64,000 nt of DNA, from NCBI GenBank assembly GCA_902537325.1, contig CACBAT010000002.1, positions 24,610 to 88,609 of the forward strand. Direction: 5' to 3'. The notes beneath the pieces were generated by a model that was not told the DNA's origin, ran no database searches, and saw nothing but the letters and a program-made list of their open reading frames with translations. Below are positions 1-9,059 of this stretch, piece by piece. Positions within the stretch are counted from its first letter, which is position 1, and each line of letters starts with the position of its first letter. This DNA is from an uncultured Alphaproteobacteria bacterium. GTDB lineage: Bacteria; Pseudomonadota; Alphaproteobacteria; HIMB59; GCA-002718135. Position numbers and translations under genes: made by a program.

Positions 1-1
1 C

Positions 2-547
2 AGCAGATACAGTTTAGTTAATGCAAAAAAGTTATATGCTAAAAATTTTTTTGAACCATATGCAGAACCAGAAATAAGTTTTAGAATTAAAGAAGATATA
101 GATATCTCAAAAGCACCCTACTCTATAGACGATATAGATTTATTATTAGACGGATTAGTATGCTCAATTGAAATAAATGATTTTAGATTTGCAAAACCAT
201 TACCCGAAATTGGCGCAAGGAATGTCATCTCAACAAATGGAGCATCTGAATTTTGGTTACGTAATGAAAAAATATATAATATTAATGATGTCAATCTCGA
301 TGATCTTGAAGTTACTTTAATTATAGATAACAAAATAATGGACTCAGGAAATACAAAAAATGTTTTAAATAATCCTTTAAATGCTGCTTTATGGTTAATC
401 AATAATCTTGCAAAAAAAGGTGAGACATTACTCAAAGGTCAATTTATTTCTTCTGGCTCATGTACAAAACCGTCAAAAATTTACTCTGGAAACCATATAA
501 AAGCTCAATTTGAGCAATTAGAAAATATTGAATTTCAATTTATTTAA
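2..547 (+). CDS. 2-keto-4-pentenoate hydratase / hydratase-decarboxylase family protein, C-terminal part (5' end outside window)
   Basis: Frame 2 is open from the window edge to TAA at 545-547; the track shows it only from the internal Met at 338. C-terminal NPLNAALWLINNLAKKGETLLKGQFISSGSCT resembles the MhpD/HpcG-type hydratase C-terminus. Confidence 0.55.
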   Translation, partial: SRYSLVNAKKLYAKNFFEPYAEPEISFRIKEDIDISKAPYSIDDIDLLLDGLVCSIEINDFRFAKPLPEIGARNVISTNGASEFWLRNEKIYNINDVNLDDLEVTLIIDNKIMDSGNTKNVLNNPLNAALWLINNLAKKGETLLKGQFISSGSCTKPSKIYSGNHIKAQFEQLENIEFQFI

Positions 548-561
548 ATTATTTTTCTATT

Positions 562-924
562 ATGGCTACTAAAGTTTATTTTAATAATTCATGCAGCATT
601 TGTAGGTTTGAAATAAATCATTACAAAAAACTAGATAATAATCTTGAATGGATTGATATAAGTACTGAGAAAAAATCAAAGGAAGATACCGCCAAAAATG
701 CTAAAGAATTATTAAGGCGTTTACACACTGTTAAAAATAACAAGGTTTATAGTGGGGTCGATGCATTTATTGAGATGTGGTCAGAAATACCACGATATAG
801 TTTTTTGGCTAAAATAATAAGAAAACCTCTGATTTATCAAGTTTCTTGGTTTTTATATGAAGTTTTTGCCCTAATTCTATTTTACAAAAACAAGAATCAA
901 CTAAATAAAATAGAAAGAATTTAA
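562..924 (+). CDS. DCC-family thiol-disulfide oxidoreductase (DUF393)
   Basis: N-terminal VYFNNSCSICRFE CxxC motif and 120-aa size are typical of DCC/DUF393 proteins. Starts 14 nt after the upstream stop. Confidence 0.7.
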   Translation: MATKVYFNNSCSICRFEINHYKKLDNNLEWIDISTEKKSKEDTAKNAKELLRRLHTVKNNKVYSGVDAFIEMWSEIPRYSFLAKIIRKPLIYQVSWFLYEVFALILFYKNKNQLNKIERI

Positions 925-1311
925 ATGAATAATTATTTTGAGCTACTAGAGAAAATAGTACTGTCTGTACTTATTGTTTGTACAATCTTAGCGATTGGAA
1001 TGGAAATACAAGGTATGATTGCAGTTTACAAAGTCACACTTGCAGACATTCTTTTGCTGTTTATTTACATTGAAATTATTGGAATGATTAAAGAATACTG
1101 GGTCTCTAAAATGATAAGAATGAGTTATCCGCTTTTCATTGCAATGACAGCTCTAGCCAGAATGATAATTATGCAAAGAAAAGATGTGGATCCATCAGCT
1201 TATGTGTATGAGTCTGTAGCAATATTAATATTAGCAATAGCAATTGTGGTACTAAGAGTTCGTCACATGGAAATACTTAATAGACGCTCTAAAAAATTAC
1301 CTGACGATTAA
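925..1311 (+). CDS. PsiE-family small membrane protein
   Basis: ATG directly follows the upstream TAA. About 4 hydrophobic helices. LFIYIEIIGMIKEYW...FIAMTALARMIIM parallels the E. coli PsiE core as I recall it. Confidence 0.55.
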   Translation: MNNYFELLEKIVLSVLIVCTILAIGMEIQGMIAVYKVTLADILLLFIYIEIIGMIKEYWVSKMIRMSYPLFIAMTALARMIIMQRKDVDPSAYVYESVAILILAIAIVVLRVRHMEILNRRSKKLPDD

Positions 1312-1322
1312 TATATACTAAA

Positions 1323-2501
1323 ATGTTTAAATCAAATATCAGCTTTGCTGAAGAGCAATTCCTATCTTATTTGCATAAAACAGGAAAATATTATGAAGCA
1401 AATAGAAATTACAGTGAAGACAGTTCAAATAATAACACTACGTCTCAATTATCTCCCTTCATAAGATACAGGCTAATTTCTGAAGAACAAATTCTGCAAA
1501 AAGTATTAAAAAAATATGAACTTAGAGAATGCGAAAAATTTATCCAAGAAATTTATTGGAGAACTTATTGGAAAGGTTGGCTTGAACATAGACCATCAGT
1601 CTATTCTGATTATTTAGAAGATAGAAATAAATTAATTGAACAATTTTCTAATAAAAAATTTTATTTAAATGCAATTTCTGGAAATACTAATCTCTCTTTT
1701 TTTAATAATTGGATAATTAATCTAAAAGAAAATGGGTACTTGCACAATCATGTAAGAATGTGGTTTGCCTCAATTTGGATTTTTACTCTTAATTTACCTT
1801 GGCAACTTGGTGCAGATTTTTTTATGCAACATTTATTGGATGGCGATCCAGCTTCTAATACATTATCTTGGAGATGGGTTGCCGGTATACAGACTAAGGG
1901 TAAAAATTATTTGGCAAGAAAAAGTAATATAGAAAAATATAGTAATATTAAAATATCAGGTAATGAAATTTTAAATGAAAATGCTTATCCTTTAATTGAA
2001 GAAAAAATTTATAATGTAAATGAACTACACTTAAATTCTGATTATAATTTAGAGGAAATAAAATATATTTTAATACCAACTGATGAATTAAATATTCTAA
2101 AAGATTTAAATCATAAAAAAGTAAATGTTTTTACAGGTTTACCACTAGAAGATTATAATGATCATAATTTCTCTGAAAAAATAATTAAACATATAAGAGA
2201 CATTTGTATTTCATGTTTTAATGATGATGATTTTTATAAAAATATTAAAATTGATATTGAATTTGAAAATTATTATGAAGATTTAGATAAATGGATAAAA
2301 AAATTTCAAATTCAAGAAATATATTTACCCTATGTTACTAAAGGAAATTGGAAAAAAATTTATAAAAAAATAATTACAAAATATCCATCAGTTAATTTTA
2401 TAATTTTTAATAGAAAATATGATGTTAATAGTTGGATTTTTTCAAAAAAAGGTTATTTCAAATTTAAACAAAATATTCCAAATCTGATAACAAAAATTTA
2501 A
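1323..2501 (+). CDS. photolyase/cryptochrome FAD-binding-domain protein with atypical domain order
   Basis: Ordered photolyase FAD-domain motifs: TSQLSPFIRYRLIS, EIYWRTYW, YLHNHVRMWFAS, LLDGDPASNTLSWRWVAG, all within residues ~40-200. The C-terminal ~190 aa is uncharacterised. Confidence 0.7.
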   Translation: MFKSNISFAEEQFLSYLHKTGKYYEANRNYSEDSSNNNTTSQLSPFIRYRLISEEQILQKVLKKYELRECEKFIQEIYWRTYWKGWLEHRPSVYSDYLEDRNKLIEQFSNKKFYLNAISGNTNLSFFNNWIINLKENGYLHNHVRMWFASIWIFTLNLPWQLGADFFMQHLLDGDPASNTLSWRWVAGIQTKGKNYLARKSNIEKYSNIKISGNEILNENAYPLIEEKIYNVNELHLNSDYNLEEIKYILIPTDELNILKDLNHKKVNVFTGLPLEDYNDHNFSEKIIKHIRDICISCFNDDDFYKNIKIDIEFENYYEDLDKWIKKFQIQEIYLPYVTKGNWKKIYKKIITKYPSVNFIIFNRKYDVNSWIFSKKGYFKFKQNIPNLITKI

Positions 2502-2504
2502 ATT

Positions 2505-3449
2505 ATGAAGAATATACTTGAGATAAATAATGTAACTAAATTTTATAAAAATTCAGTTAAAGCACTAGAAAATGTAAATCTCAATATTAAAGAAGGAGAA
2601 ATATTTGCTCTACTTGGACCAAATGGTGCAGGAAAATCGACACTAATAAACTCAATTTGTGGAATAGTAAATTTCAATAAAGGAACAATAAAAATTAATA
2701 ATATGGATATTGTTAAAAATTATCGAACTACTAGAAAAATAACAGGCATTGTTCCTCAAGAATTAAATCTTGAATCTTTTGAAACTGTCTGGAACAATGT
2801 TAATTATTCTAGAGGTCTTTTTGGTAAGAAACCTAATCACAACTATATAGAAAAGCTTTTAAAACAACTATCCTTATGGGATAAAAAAGATAATAAAATT
2901 AAAGAACTATCGGGTGGAATGAAAAGAAGGGTTCTGATAGCTAAAGCTTTATCTCACCAACCTAAATTATTATTTTTAGATGAACCAACAGCTAGTGTGG
3001 ATGTGGAATTACGCAAAGATATGTGGGATGTTGTTAAAAAATTAAATAAAGATGGAGTAACAATTATTTTAACAACACATTATATTGAAGAAGCGGAAGA
3101 GTTAAGTGATAGAGTGGCAGTTATAAACGATGGTAAAATAATTTTAGTGGATGATAAAGATAAATTAATTAAAAAACTTGGAGAAAAAACAATTAAAATT
3201 GAATTATTTGAATCTGTAGAAAATATAAATGGTAATTTATCAAAATATAATTTTACTTTAGATCAAACAAATAAAATAATCTCACATACCTATAATTTAA
3301 ACTCAAACACAACTGATATTACTGAATTATTAAATGATGTAAAAAAAGATGGTTATAAAATAAAAGACATTAATACTGAGCAAAGCTCACTTGAAGAGAT
3401 TTTTATTAAACTTATACAGGAAAATAATAATGAATTGGTACGGAATTAA
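2505..3449 (+). CDS. ABC transporter ATP-binding protein (ABC-2 / YadG-like)
   Basis: Walker A GPNGAGKST, signature LSGGMKRR, Walker B LLFLDEPT, H-loop TTHY. Confidence 0.9.
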   Translation: MKNILEINNVTKFYKNSVKALENVNLNIKEGEIFALLGPNGAGKSTLINSICGIVNFNKGTIKINNMDIVKNYRTTRKITGIVPQELNLESFETVWNNVNYSRGLFGKKPNHNYIEKLLKQLSLWDKKDNKIKELSGGMKRRVLIAKALSHQPKLLFLDEPTASVDVELRKDMWDVVKKLNKDGVTIILTTHYIEEAEELSDRVAVINDGKIILVDDKDKLIKKLGEKTIKIELFESVENINGNLSKYNFTLDQTNKIISHTYNLNSNTTDITELLNDVKKDGYKIKDINTEQSSLEEIFIKLIQENNNELVRN

Positions 3450-4191
3450 AGCAATATATATTCATGAAATGGAAAGGTTTAGAAGAACCTTATTCCAAAG
3501 TCTTGCCTCACCAATAATTACAACTTCACTTTACTTTGTAGTTTTTGGTTCAGCGATAGGATCGAGAATAACAGAGATAGATGGAATAAATTACGGTTCT
3601 TATATTGTGCCAGGTATGATTATGTTAACTATCCTAACTCAATCAATTTCTAATGCTTCTTTTGCTTTTTATTTCCCAAGATTTACAAATACCATATATG
3701 AAATACTTGCAGCACCGTTATCTTCGTTTGAGATAGTGCTTGGTTTTGTAGGAGCCGCAGCATCCAAATCATTAATAATTGGATGTGTGATTATATTAAC
3801 TGCTAATTTTTTTGTAGATGTAAGAATAGATCACCCTCTTCTAATGATGTTTTTTTTAATACTGACATCTATTACTTTTGCTTTATTTGGTTTTATAATT
3901 GGAATGTATGCAGAAGGTTTTGAAGGATTACAGATTATTCCAATTTTGGTAATAACACCATTAGTTTTCTTGGGAGGAAGTTTCTACTCTATTAATATGC
4001 TGCCAGAATTTTGGCAGAAAATATCATTACTTAATCCAGTTTTATATTTAATAAGTGGTTTCAGGTATAGTTTTTATGAAGTTTCTGATGTTTCACTATT
4101 TACAAGTACATTAACAATCCTAACAATTTTAATTGGATGCATTTTATTTATTACATATACATTTTCAAAAGGATATAGAATTAAAGATTAA
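3430..4191 (+). CDS. ABC-2 type transporter permease (YadH-like)
   Basis: Multiple hydrophobic spans. The track start at 3391 is a TTG inside the ATPase gene. The ATG at 3430 (MNWYGIKAIY...) gives a 20-nt overlap typical of ABC-2 pairs. Confidence 0.85.
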   Translation: MNWYGIKAIYIHEMERFRRTLFQSLASPIITTSLYFVVFGSAIGSRITEIDGINYGSYIVPGMIMLTILTQSISNASFAFYFPRFTNTIYEILAAPLSSFEIVLGFVGAAASKSLIIGCVIILTANFFVDVRIDHPLLMMFFLILTSITFALFGFIIGMYAEGFEGLQIIPILVITPLVFLGGSFYSINMLPEFWQKISLLNPVLYLISGFRYSFYEVSDVSLFTSTLTILTILIGCILFITYTFSKGYRIKD

Positions 4192-4986
4192 ATGATCGAT
4201 AAAAAAATAAGTAATGAATTTCAAAATAATGGAGTTGTATTACTAAAAAAAATTATTGATCAAAAATGGATTGAAGAATTAAGAAAAGGTATTGAGTATA
4301 ATTTTCAAAACCCAAGTAAATATAAATGTGTTTATGAAGAAGTAAATAATAAAGAAGTATTTTATGATGATTATTGTAATTGGCAAAAAATAAAAGAGTA
4401 TAAAAATTTTATTTTTAATTCTAATATTGCGAAAATTGCTGGCTCATTAATGAAATCTAAAAAAGTAAATTTATTCCACGAGCATGTTTTAATAAAAGAA
4501 AAAGGGTCAAAAAAAAGAACTCCGTGGCATCAAGATCAAGGATATTACTGCGTACAAGGAAGAGATAATGTAAGTATTTGGATACCACTTGATAAAATTG
4601 ATATTAATTCATCAATGGAATTCATACTAGGATCACATAAATGGAATAAAATATTTTTACCTACAAAATTTAAAGGTTATGATTATGATCATAAAGATAA
4701 AGAATTTGAAAAAATTCCAGATATTGAAAATAATAGAAAAGATTATAAAATTATATCCTATGAATGTGAGCTAGGAGATGCCATTGCATTTAACTATGCA
4801 ACAATTCATGCTGCATATGGGAATAATTCAAATAATAGAAGAAGAGCTTTTTCAGTTAGATTTACTGGTGATGACGCGAGATATATTAAGAGGAAAGGTG
4901 AAATGTCTCCCCCATTTCCAAATATTAATCTAAAAAATAATGAAGTTTTAGATAGTGAAACTTTTCCTGTCTTAATTTCTTCTTAA
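4192..4986 (+). CDS. phytanoyl-CoA dioxygenase (PhyH) family Fe(II)/2-oxoglutarate oxygenase
   Basis: PWHQDQGYY (HxD) and a distal TIHAAYGN His, with RRAFSVRF as the likely 2OG-binding Arg. ATG abuts the upstream TAA. Confidence 0.75.
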   Translation: MIDKKISNEFQNNGVVLLKKIIDQKWIEELRKGIEYNFQNPSKYKCVYEEVNNKEVFYDDYCNWQKIKEYKNFIFNSNIAKIAGSLMKSKKVNLFHEHVLIKEKGSKKRTPWHQDQGYYCVQGRDNVSIWIPLDKIDINSSMEFILGSHKWNKIFLPTKFKGYDYDHKDKEFEKIPDIENNRKDYKIISYECELGDAIAFNYATIHAAYGNNSNNRRRAFSVRFTGDDARYIKRKGEMSPPFPNINLKNNEVLDSETFPVLISS

Positions 4987-5808
4987 GAAATATATTAAAG
5001 GAAGAGCAGTTGCATACATTATTAGACTATATATTGCTGCAGGTATTAAATAAACCGTACTTGCAAAGAAAGTGTTAGCTACTACAATTGCTAAAGTTCC
5101 ATTTTGTAGCCCAACTTCCATCAACCAACATCTGAATGTTTCTTTCGAGGATTTAAAAGTATTAGACAATAAATAAACAATGATCATCATTATAATGTTT
5201 AAAAATAACATAACCAAACCTGCTTGCGCAAAGTAAGTAATAACATTTTCTCTTTGAGATAATATTGCTCCAATAAGAACTAAAACAAATAAAATTATTG
5301 ATATATTTTTTGCTATTTTTTCAAATGAAGATAGTACTCCACTTAATAATACTCCAACGATAACTGGTATTGTAACAATTAAAAACATTTGTGATGCAAC
5401 ACTAAATAACGACTGTCCCTCATTAATAGTACCCATGTCAAGAACACTTAATGATATCATTAATATTAATGGAACTGTAATTACACATAAAATACTGTTT
5501 ATTGCCGTTAAAGATATTGAAAGAGCAATATTTCCTTTTGCAAATGATGTTAAAACATTACTAGTTACACCGCCAGGTGCAGCTGCAAGAATCATAACTC
5601 CAATTGCTAACTCAGGAGATAAGGGCCAAAACATAACGATTATTAATGCAACTATTGGAAGAACAATAATTTGAAAAAATAATCCAATAATAAAATCTCT
5701 TGGTTTAAAAAAAACTCTAGTAAAATCACTTAGACTTAATCCTAAGCCCAATGAAAACATAATGAATGCTAGAGATAAAGGCAATATTACGTCAGTTACA
5801 ATACCCAT
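4972..5808 (-). CDS. bile acid:Na+ symporter (BASS) family transporter
   Basis: Polytopic membrane protein with the AAAPGGVTSNVLT motif characteristic of BASS/SBF transporters. Confidence 0.8.
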   Translation of the reverse strand: MGIVTDVILPLSLAFIMFSLGLGLSLSDFTRVFFKPRDFIIGLFFQIIVLPIVALIIVMFWPLSPELAIGVMILAAAPGGVTSNVLTSFAKGNIALSISLTAINSILCVITVPLILMISLSVLDMGTINEGQSLFSVASQMFLIVTIPVIVGVLLSGVLSSFEKIAKNISIILFVLVLIGAILSQRENVITYFAQAGLVMLFLNIIMMIIVYLLSNTFKSSKETFRCWLMEVGLQNGTLAIVVANTFFASTVYLIPAAIYSLIMYATALPLIYFLRRN

Positions 5809-5854
5809 ATTTTTTATTTAACATTTGTTTGCTTATAAAAAAATATAAAATTAT

Positions 5855-6250
5855 TTAGATTTTTGATAATTGTAATTTTTCAAGCATATCAACAGGCATT
5901 TTTACGATTTTACCTTTACCATTCACAGGTGTGATTAAAATCTTCGAATCAATTAATAAATCTTTTTCTCTAATTATAGACTGATGAAATATTATTTTTA
6001 CTTTTGATATTTCATATATTTTTGTTTCTACATCTAACATATCTTCAAAATATGCAGGTAATTTGTAGTCTATATCGATATGCTTGACTACAAAGTAAAA
6101 ATTAAGTGATTGGAGTAAGTTTTGATGATTATAACCTAATTTATATAAGAATTCTGACCTACTTCTTTCTAAATATTTTAAATAATTTGAATGATAAACT
6201 CTACCTGACGCATCAGTATCTTCATAGTAAACTTTAATTTTATAATTCAT
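5855..6250 (-). CDS. YbgC/FadM-type acyl-CoA thioesterase (4HBT fold)
   Basis: N-terminal VYYEDTDASGRVYHSNYLKYLERSRSEFL is the hallmark of YbgC-type hotdog thioesterases. Confidence 0.8.
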   Translation of the reverse strand: MNYKIKVYYEDTDASGRVYHSNYLKYLERSRSEFLYKLGYNHQNLLQSLNFYFVVKHIDIDYKLPAYFEDMLDVETKIYEISKVKIIFHQSIIREKDLLIDSKILITPVNGKGKIVKMPVDMLEKLQLSKI

Positions 6251-7364
6251 AATATTGATTTAGATAATTTTTTGACATTTCTGAAAGATAAAATCCGATA
6301 CCTATTGATGAATTTAATAATAGATTGCCATCTTTTATTTTTACAGAAGGTTTTAGCATATCAGTTCTGAGTGCATTTTCGTTAATATCATATTCTAAAA
6401 AACCACTTTGATTAATTGCAGACATTAAATGTGCTGAAGTAACTAAACCCACAGCACCACCTAAATAATGTAGATATAATTTATCAGAAACTATTTTATC
6501 TTTTAAACTTATTATTTGAGAAATACCTCCATACCTAGCAATATCTGGTTGTAAAAATTTAATTGAAGTATCATCATTTAATTTAACAAAGTTATTTATT
6601 TGAGTAATATTTTCACCAAAGGCTAAATTTTTATGATTATTTATTAAATTAATAATTTCATTTAATGAATTATCAGCGCTAATTGGCTCTTCTAACCAAC
6701 AATATCTGAACTTATTTAGAGCATTAATTTTTGATTTAACTTCATCTAGTTTCCAAGCTTGATTTACATCAAGCATATAATCTTCAGAATCATTTAGAAT
6801 TTTTTCAATTGATGCTATACTTGAAATATCATCATTTAAATCATATCCAATTTTAATTTTAAATTTTTTAATTCCTAAATTTCTTGCTTCATTTATTCTT
6901 TCTTTATGTTCGTCTCTATTAATACCGCTAGCATAAACTTGAATCTTATCTGAAGAATTACTATTAATTAATTTGTTTAAAGGTATTTTTTTATTTTTTG
7001 AAAATAAATCCCAACAAGCACAATCTATTCCGGAAATAATATTACTAAAAGCTCCATAATCACCACTTTGAATTTTTATTGAATTAAATTTTTCATAAAA
7101 AAAATCATAAGGAGCACTCGGCTTTTCAAAATCAAAATTTTTAAGTAAATTTGCAAAATAATCCTTAAAAATTTCAAATCTATATCTACCAGCATGATTT
7201 GGGAAATTACACCATATTTCCCCAAATCCACTATTGTCATTTTGATCAATTAACTCAACTATTAACGATGATCTAAAAGTCATTCTGCCAAATGAAGATA
7301 AAACTGGATTTTTATTCCTATACTTAAATAAATGAATTTTGATTTTATTTACTGTAATCATCAA
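6240..7364 (-). CDS. mandelate racemase / muconate lactonizing enzyme family (enolase superfamily) protein
   Basis: FKIKIG, LDVNQAW, WLEEP and AFGE segments match the metal-ligand strands of the MR/MLE barrel. Overlaps the thioesterase gene by 11 nt. Confidence 0.75.
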   Translation of the reverse strand: MMITVNKIKIHLFKYRNKNPVLSSFGRMTFRSSLIVELIDQNDNSGFGEIWCNFPNHAGRYRFEIFKDYFANLLKNFDFEKPSAPYDFFYEKFNSIKIQSGDYGAFSNIISGIDCACWDLFSKNKKIPLNKLINSNSSDKIQVYASGINRDEHKERINEARNLGIKKFKIKIGYDLNDDISSIASIEKILNDSEDYMLDVNQAWKLDEVKSKINALNKFRYCWLEEPISADNSLNEIINLINNHKNLAFGENITQINNFVKLNDDTSIKFLQPDIARYGGISQIISLKDKIVSDKLYLHYLGGAVGLVTSAHLMSAINQSGFLEYDINENALRTDMLKPSVKIKDGNLLLNSSIGIGFYLSEMSKNYLNQYYEL

Positions 7365-7498
7365 ATTAGCAAACCATATATTGATTATCTTTTATCTACA
7401 TAAACTATCAATAATTGACATAATTAAAATCATAAATTTTAAAGAGAAATCCTCGTTACATTGAAAAAAATGCAATAATCACTAAATAGCATTACGAA

Positions 7499-8074
7499 AT
7501 GACTGATTATTTAGACTCAATAATTGAAAGAGATCCAGCTGCAAGAAGCAAGCTAAGTATCGTACTTACATACCCAGGAGTGAAGTCTGTTTTCTTTCAT
7601 AGAATAGCAAACAATCTTTGGAATTTAAATCTTTACACTCTAGCAAGAATAGTTTCCCAATTTAGTCGTTTTTTAACAGGAATTGAAATTCATCCAGCGG
7701 CTAAAATAGGTAAAAATTTATTTATTGATCATGGTATGGGAACTGTAATTGGGGAAACAAGTGTAATTGGAGATAATGTTACTTTATATCATGGTGTTAC
7801 ACTTGGAGGAATTAGCCCAGCAGAAAATTCCAATGATCAAAGAAATACAAAAAGACATCCAACAATTGAAGATAATGTAATCATAGGATGTGGAGCAAGT
7901 ATTCTTGGCCCAATTAATATTGGGAGTTGTGCAAGAGTTGGGGCTAATACAGTTGTATTAAAAGATGTTCCTCCCTATGCAACAATGGTAGGTAATCCAG
8001 TTAAAAATATTAATATTAATAAGGATACTTCATTTAATCCTTATGGTGTAAGAGATATTGATGATAACAAATAA
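7499..8074 (+). CDS. cysE: serine O-acetyltransferase
   Basis: [14 protein letters not shown] and [29 protein letters not shown] hexapeptide-repeat core typical of CysE. Confidence 0.9.
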   Translation: MTDYLDSIIERDPAARSKLSIVLTYPGVKSVFFHRIANNLWNLNLYTLARIVSQFSRFLTGIEIHPAAKIGKNLFIDHGMGTVIGETSVIGDNVTLYHGVTLGGISPAENSNDQRNTKRHPTIEDNVIIGCGASILGPINIGSCARVGANTVVLKDVPPYATMVGNPVKNININKDTSFNPYGVRDIDDNK

Positions 8075-9059
8075 TGTTACTCAATTAATTGGTAACACCC
8101 CCCTAATAAAATTAAAATACCCTTCAGAGATTTCAGGTTGCGAAATATACGGCAAAGCTGAATTTATGAATCCAGCTGGTTCAGTGAAAGATAGAACAGC
8201 ACTTGGTATTATCGAGGATGCAGAAGAAAAAAAATTATTGGAACCAGGTGGAACTGTTGTTGAAGGCACTTTTGGAAACACAGGAATAGGCTTAGCGTTA
8301 GTTTGTAATGCAAAAAATTATAATTTAGAAATTGTAATGCCTAACATAACCGTTCAATCTAAAAGAGATATACTCAAAAATATGGGAGCAAAACTTCATT
8401 TAGTTGATGCAAAACCATATTCTGATCCTGGAAATTATCAAAAAGTCTCAAAGCAATTAGCTAAGGATATTGAAAAACAAACAGGTAAAAAAACTTTTTG
8501 GGCTGGTCAATTTGAAAATTTAGCTAACTACAAATTTCATGAAAAAACAACATCTGCAGAAATTTTTAAACAAACGGATGGTAAAATAGATGGTTTCACA
8601 TGTGCAATTGGAACTGGAGGAACTTTAACAGGTGTTAGTGTTGGGCTGAAATCAAAAAATAAAGAAATAATTATCGCTTGTACAGATTCACAAGGATCAT
8701 CAATGTTTAATTATTTTACTAATGGTAAACCAGAAAAAAAAGGTGAAGAATCTATCACAGAGGGCATCGGACAGGCTAGAATAACAAAAAATTTAGAAAA
8801 CTGTCTTGTAGACCAATCATTTTTTGTAACTGATAAAGAATGTATGGAAATGTTATTTAAAATTATGAAAACAGATGGATTATTTCTAGGATTAAGTTCT
8901 GGGGTAAATATATGTGGTGCAGTAAAACTGGCAAAATCGTTGGGTAATGGTAAAAAAATTGTAACAATACTTTGTGATGATGCAAATAAGTATTATGATA
9001 AAATGTTTAATAAAGAATACTTATTATCCAAAAATTTACCTTATGCCGACTGGATGTGA
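8058..9059 (+). CDS. cystathionine beta-synthase-like / cysteine synthase family PLP enzyme (no Bateman domains)
   Basis: PLP-Lys motif GSVKDR, FGNTG, GTGGT. The EGIG segment is closer to CBS than to CysK. Overlaps cysE by 17 nt. Confidence 0.85.
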   Translation: MMITNNVTQLIGNTPLIKLKYPSEISGCEIYGKAEFMNPAGSVKDRTALGIIEDAEEKKLLEPGGTVVEGTFGNTGIGLALVCNAKNYNLEIVMPNITVQSKRDILKNMGAKLHLVDAKPYSDPGNYQKVSKQLAKDIEKQTGKKTFWAGQFENLANYKFHEKTTSAEIFKQTDGKIDGFTCAIGTGGTLTGVSVGLKSKNKEIIIACTDSQGSSMFNYFTNGKPEKKGEESITEGIGQARITKNLENCLVDQSFFVTDKECMEMLFKIMKTDGLFLGLSSGVNICGAVKLAKSLGNGKKIVTILCDDANKYYDKMFNKEYLLSKNLPYADWM

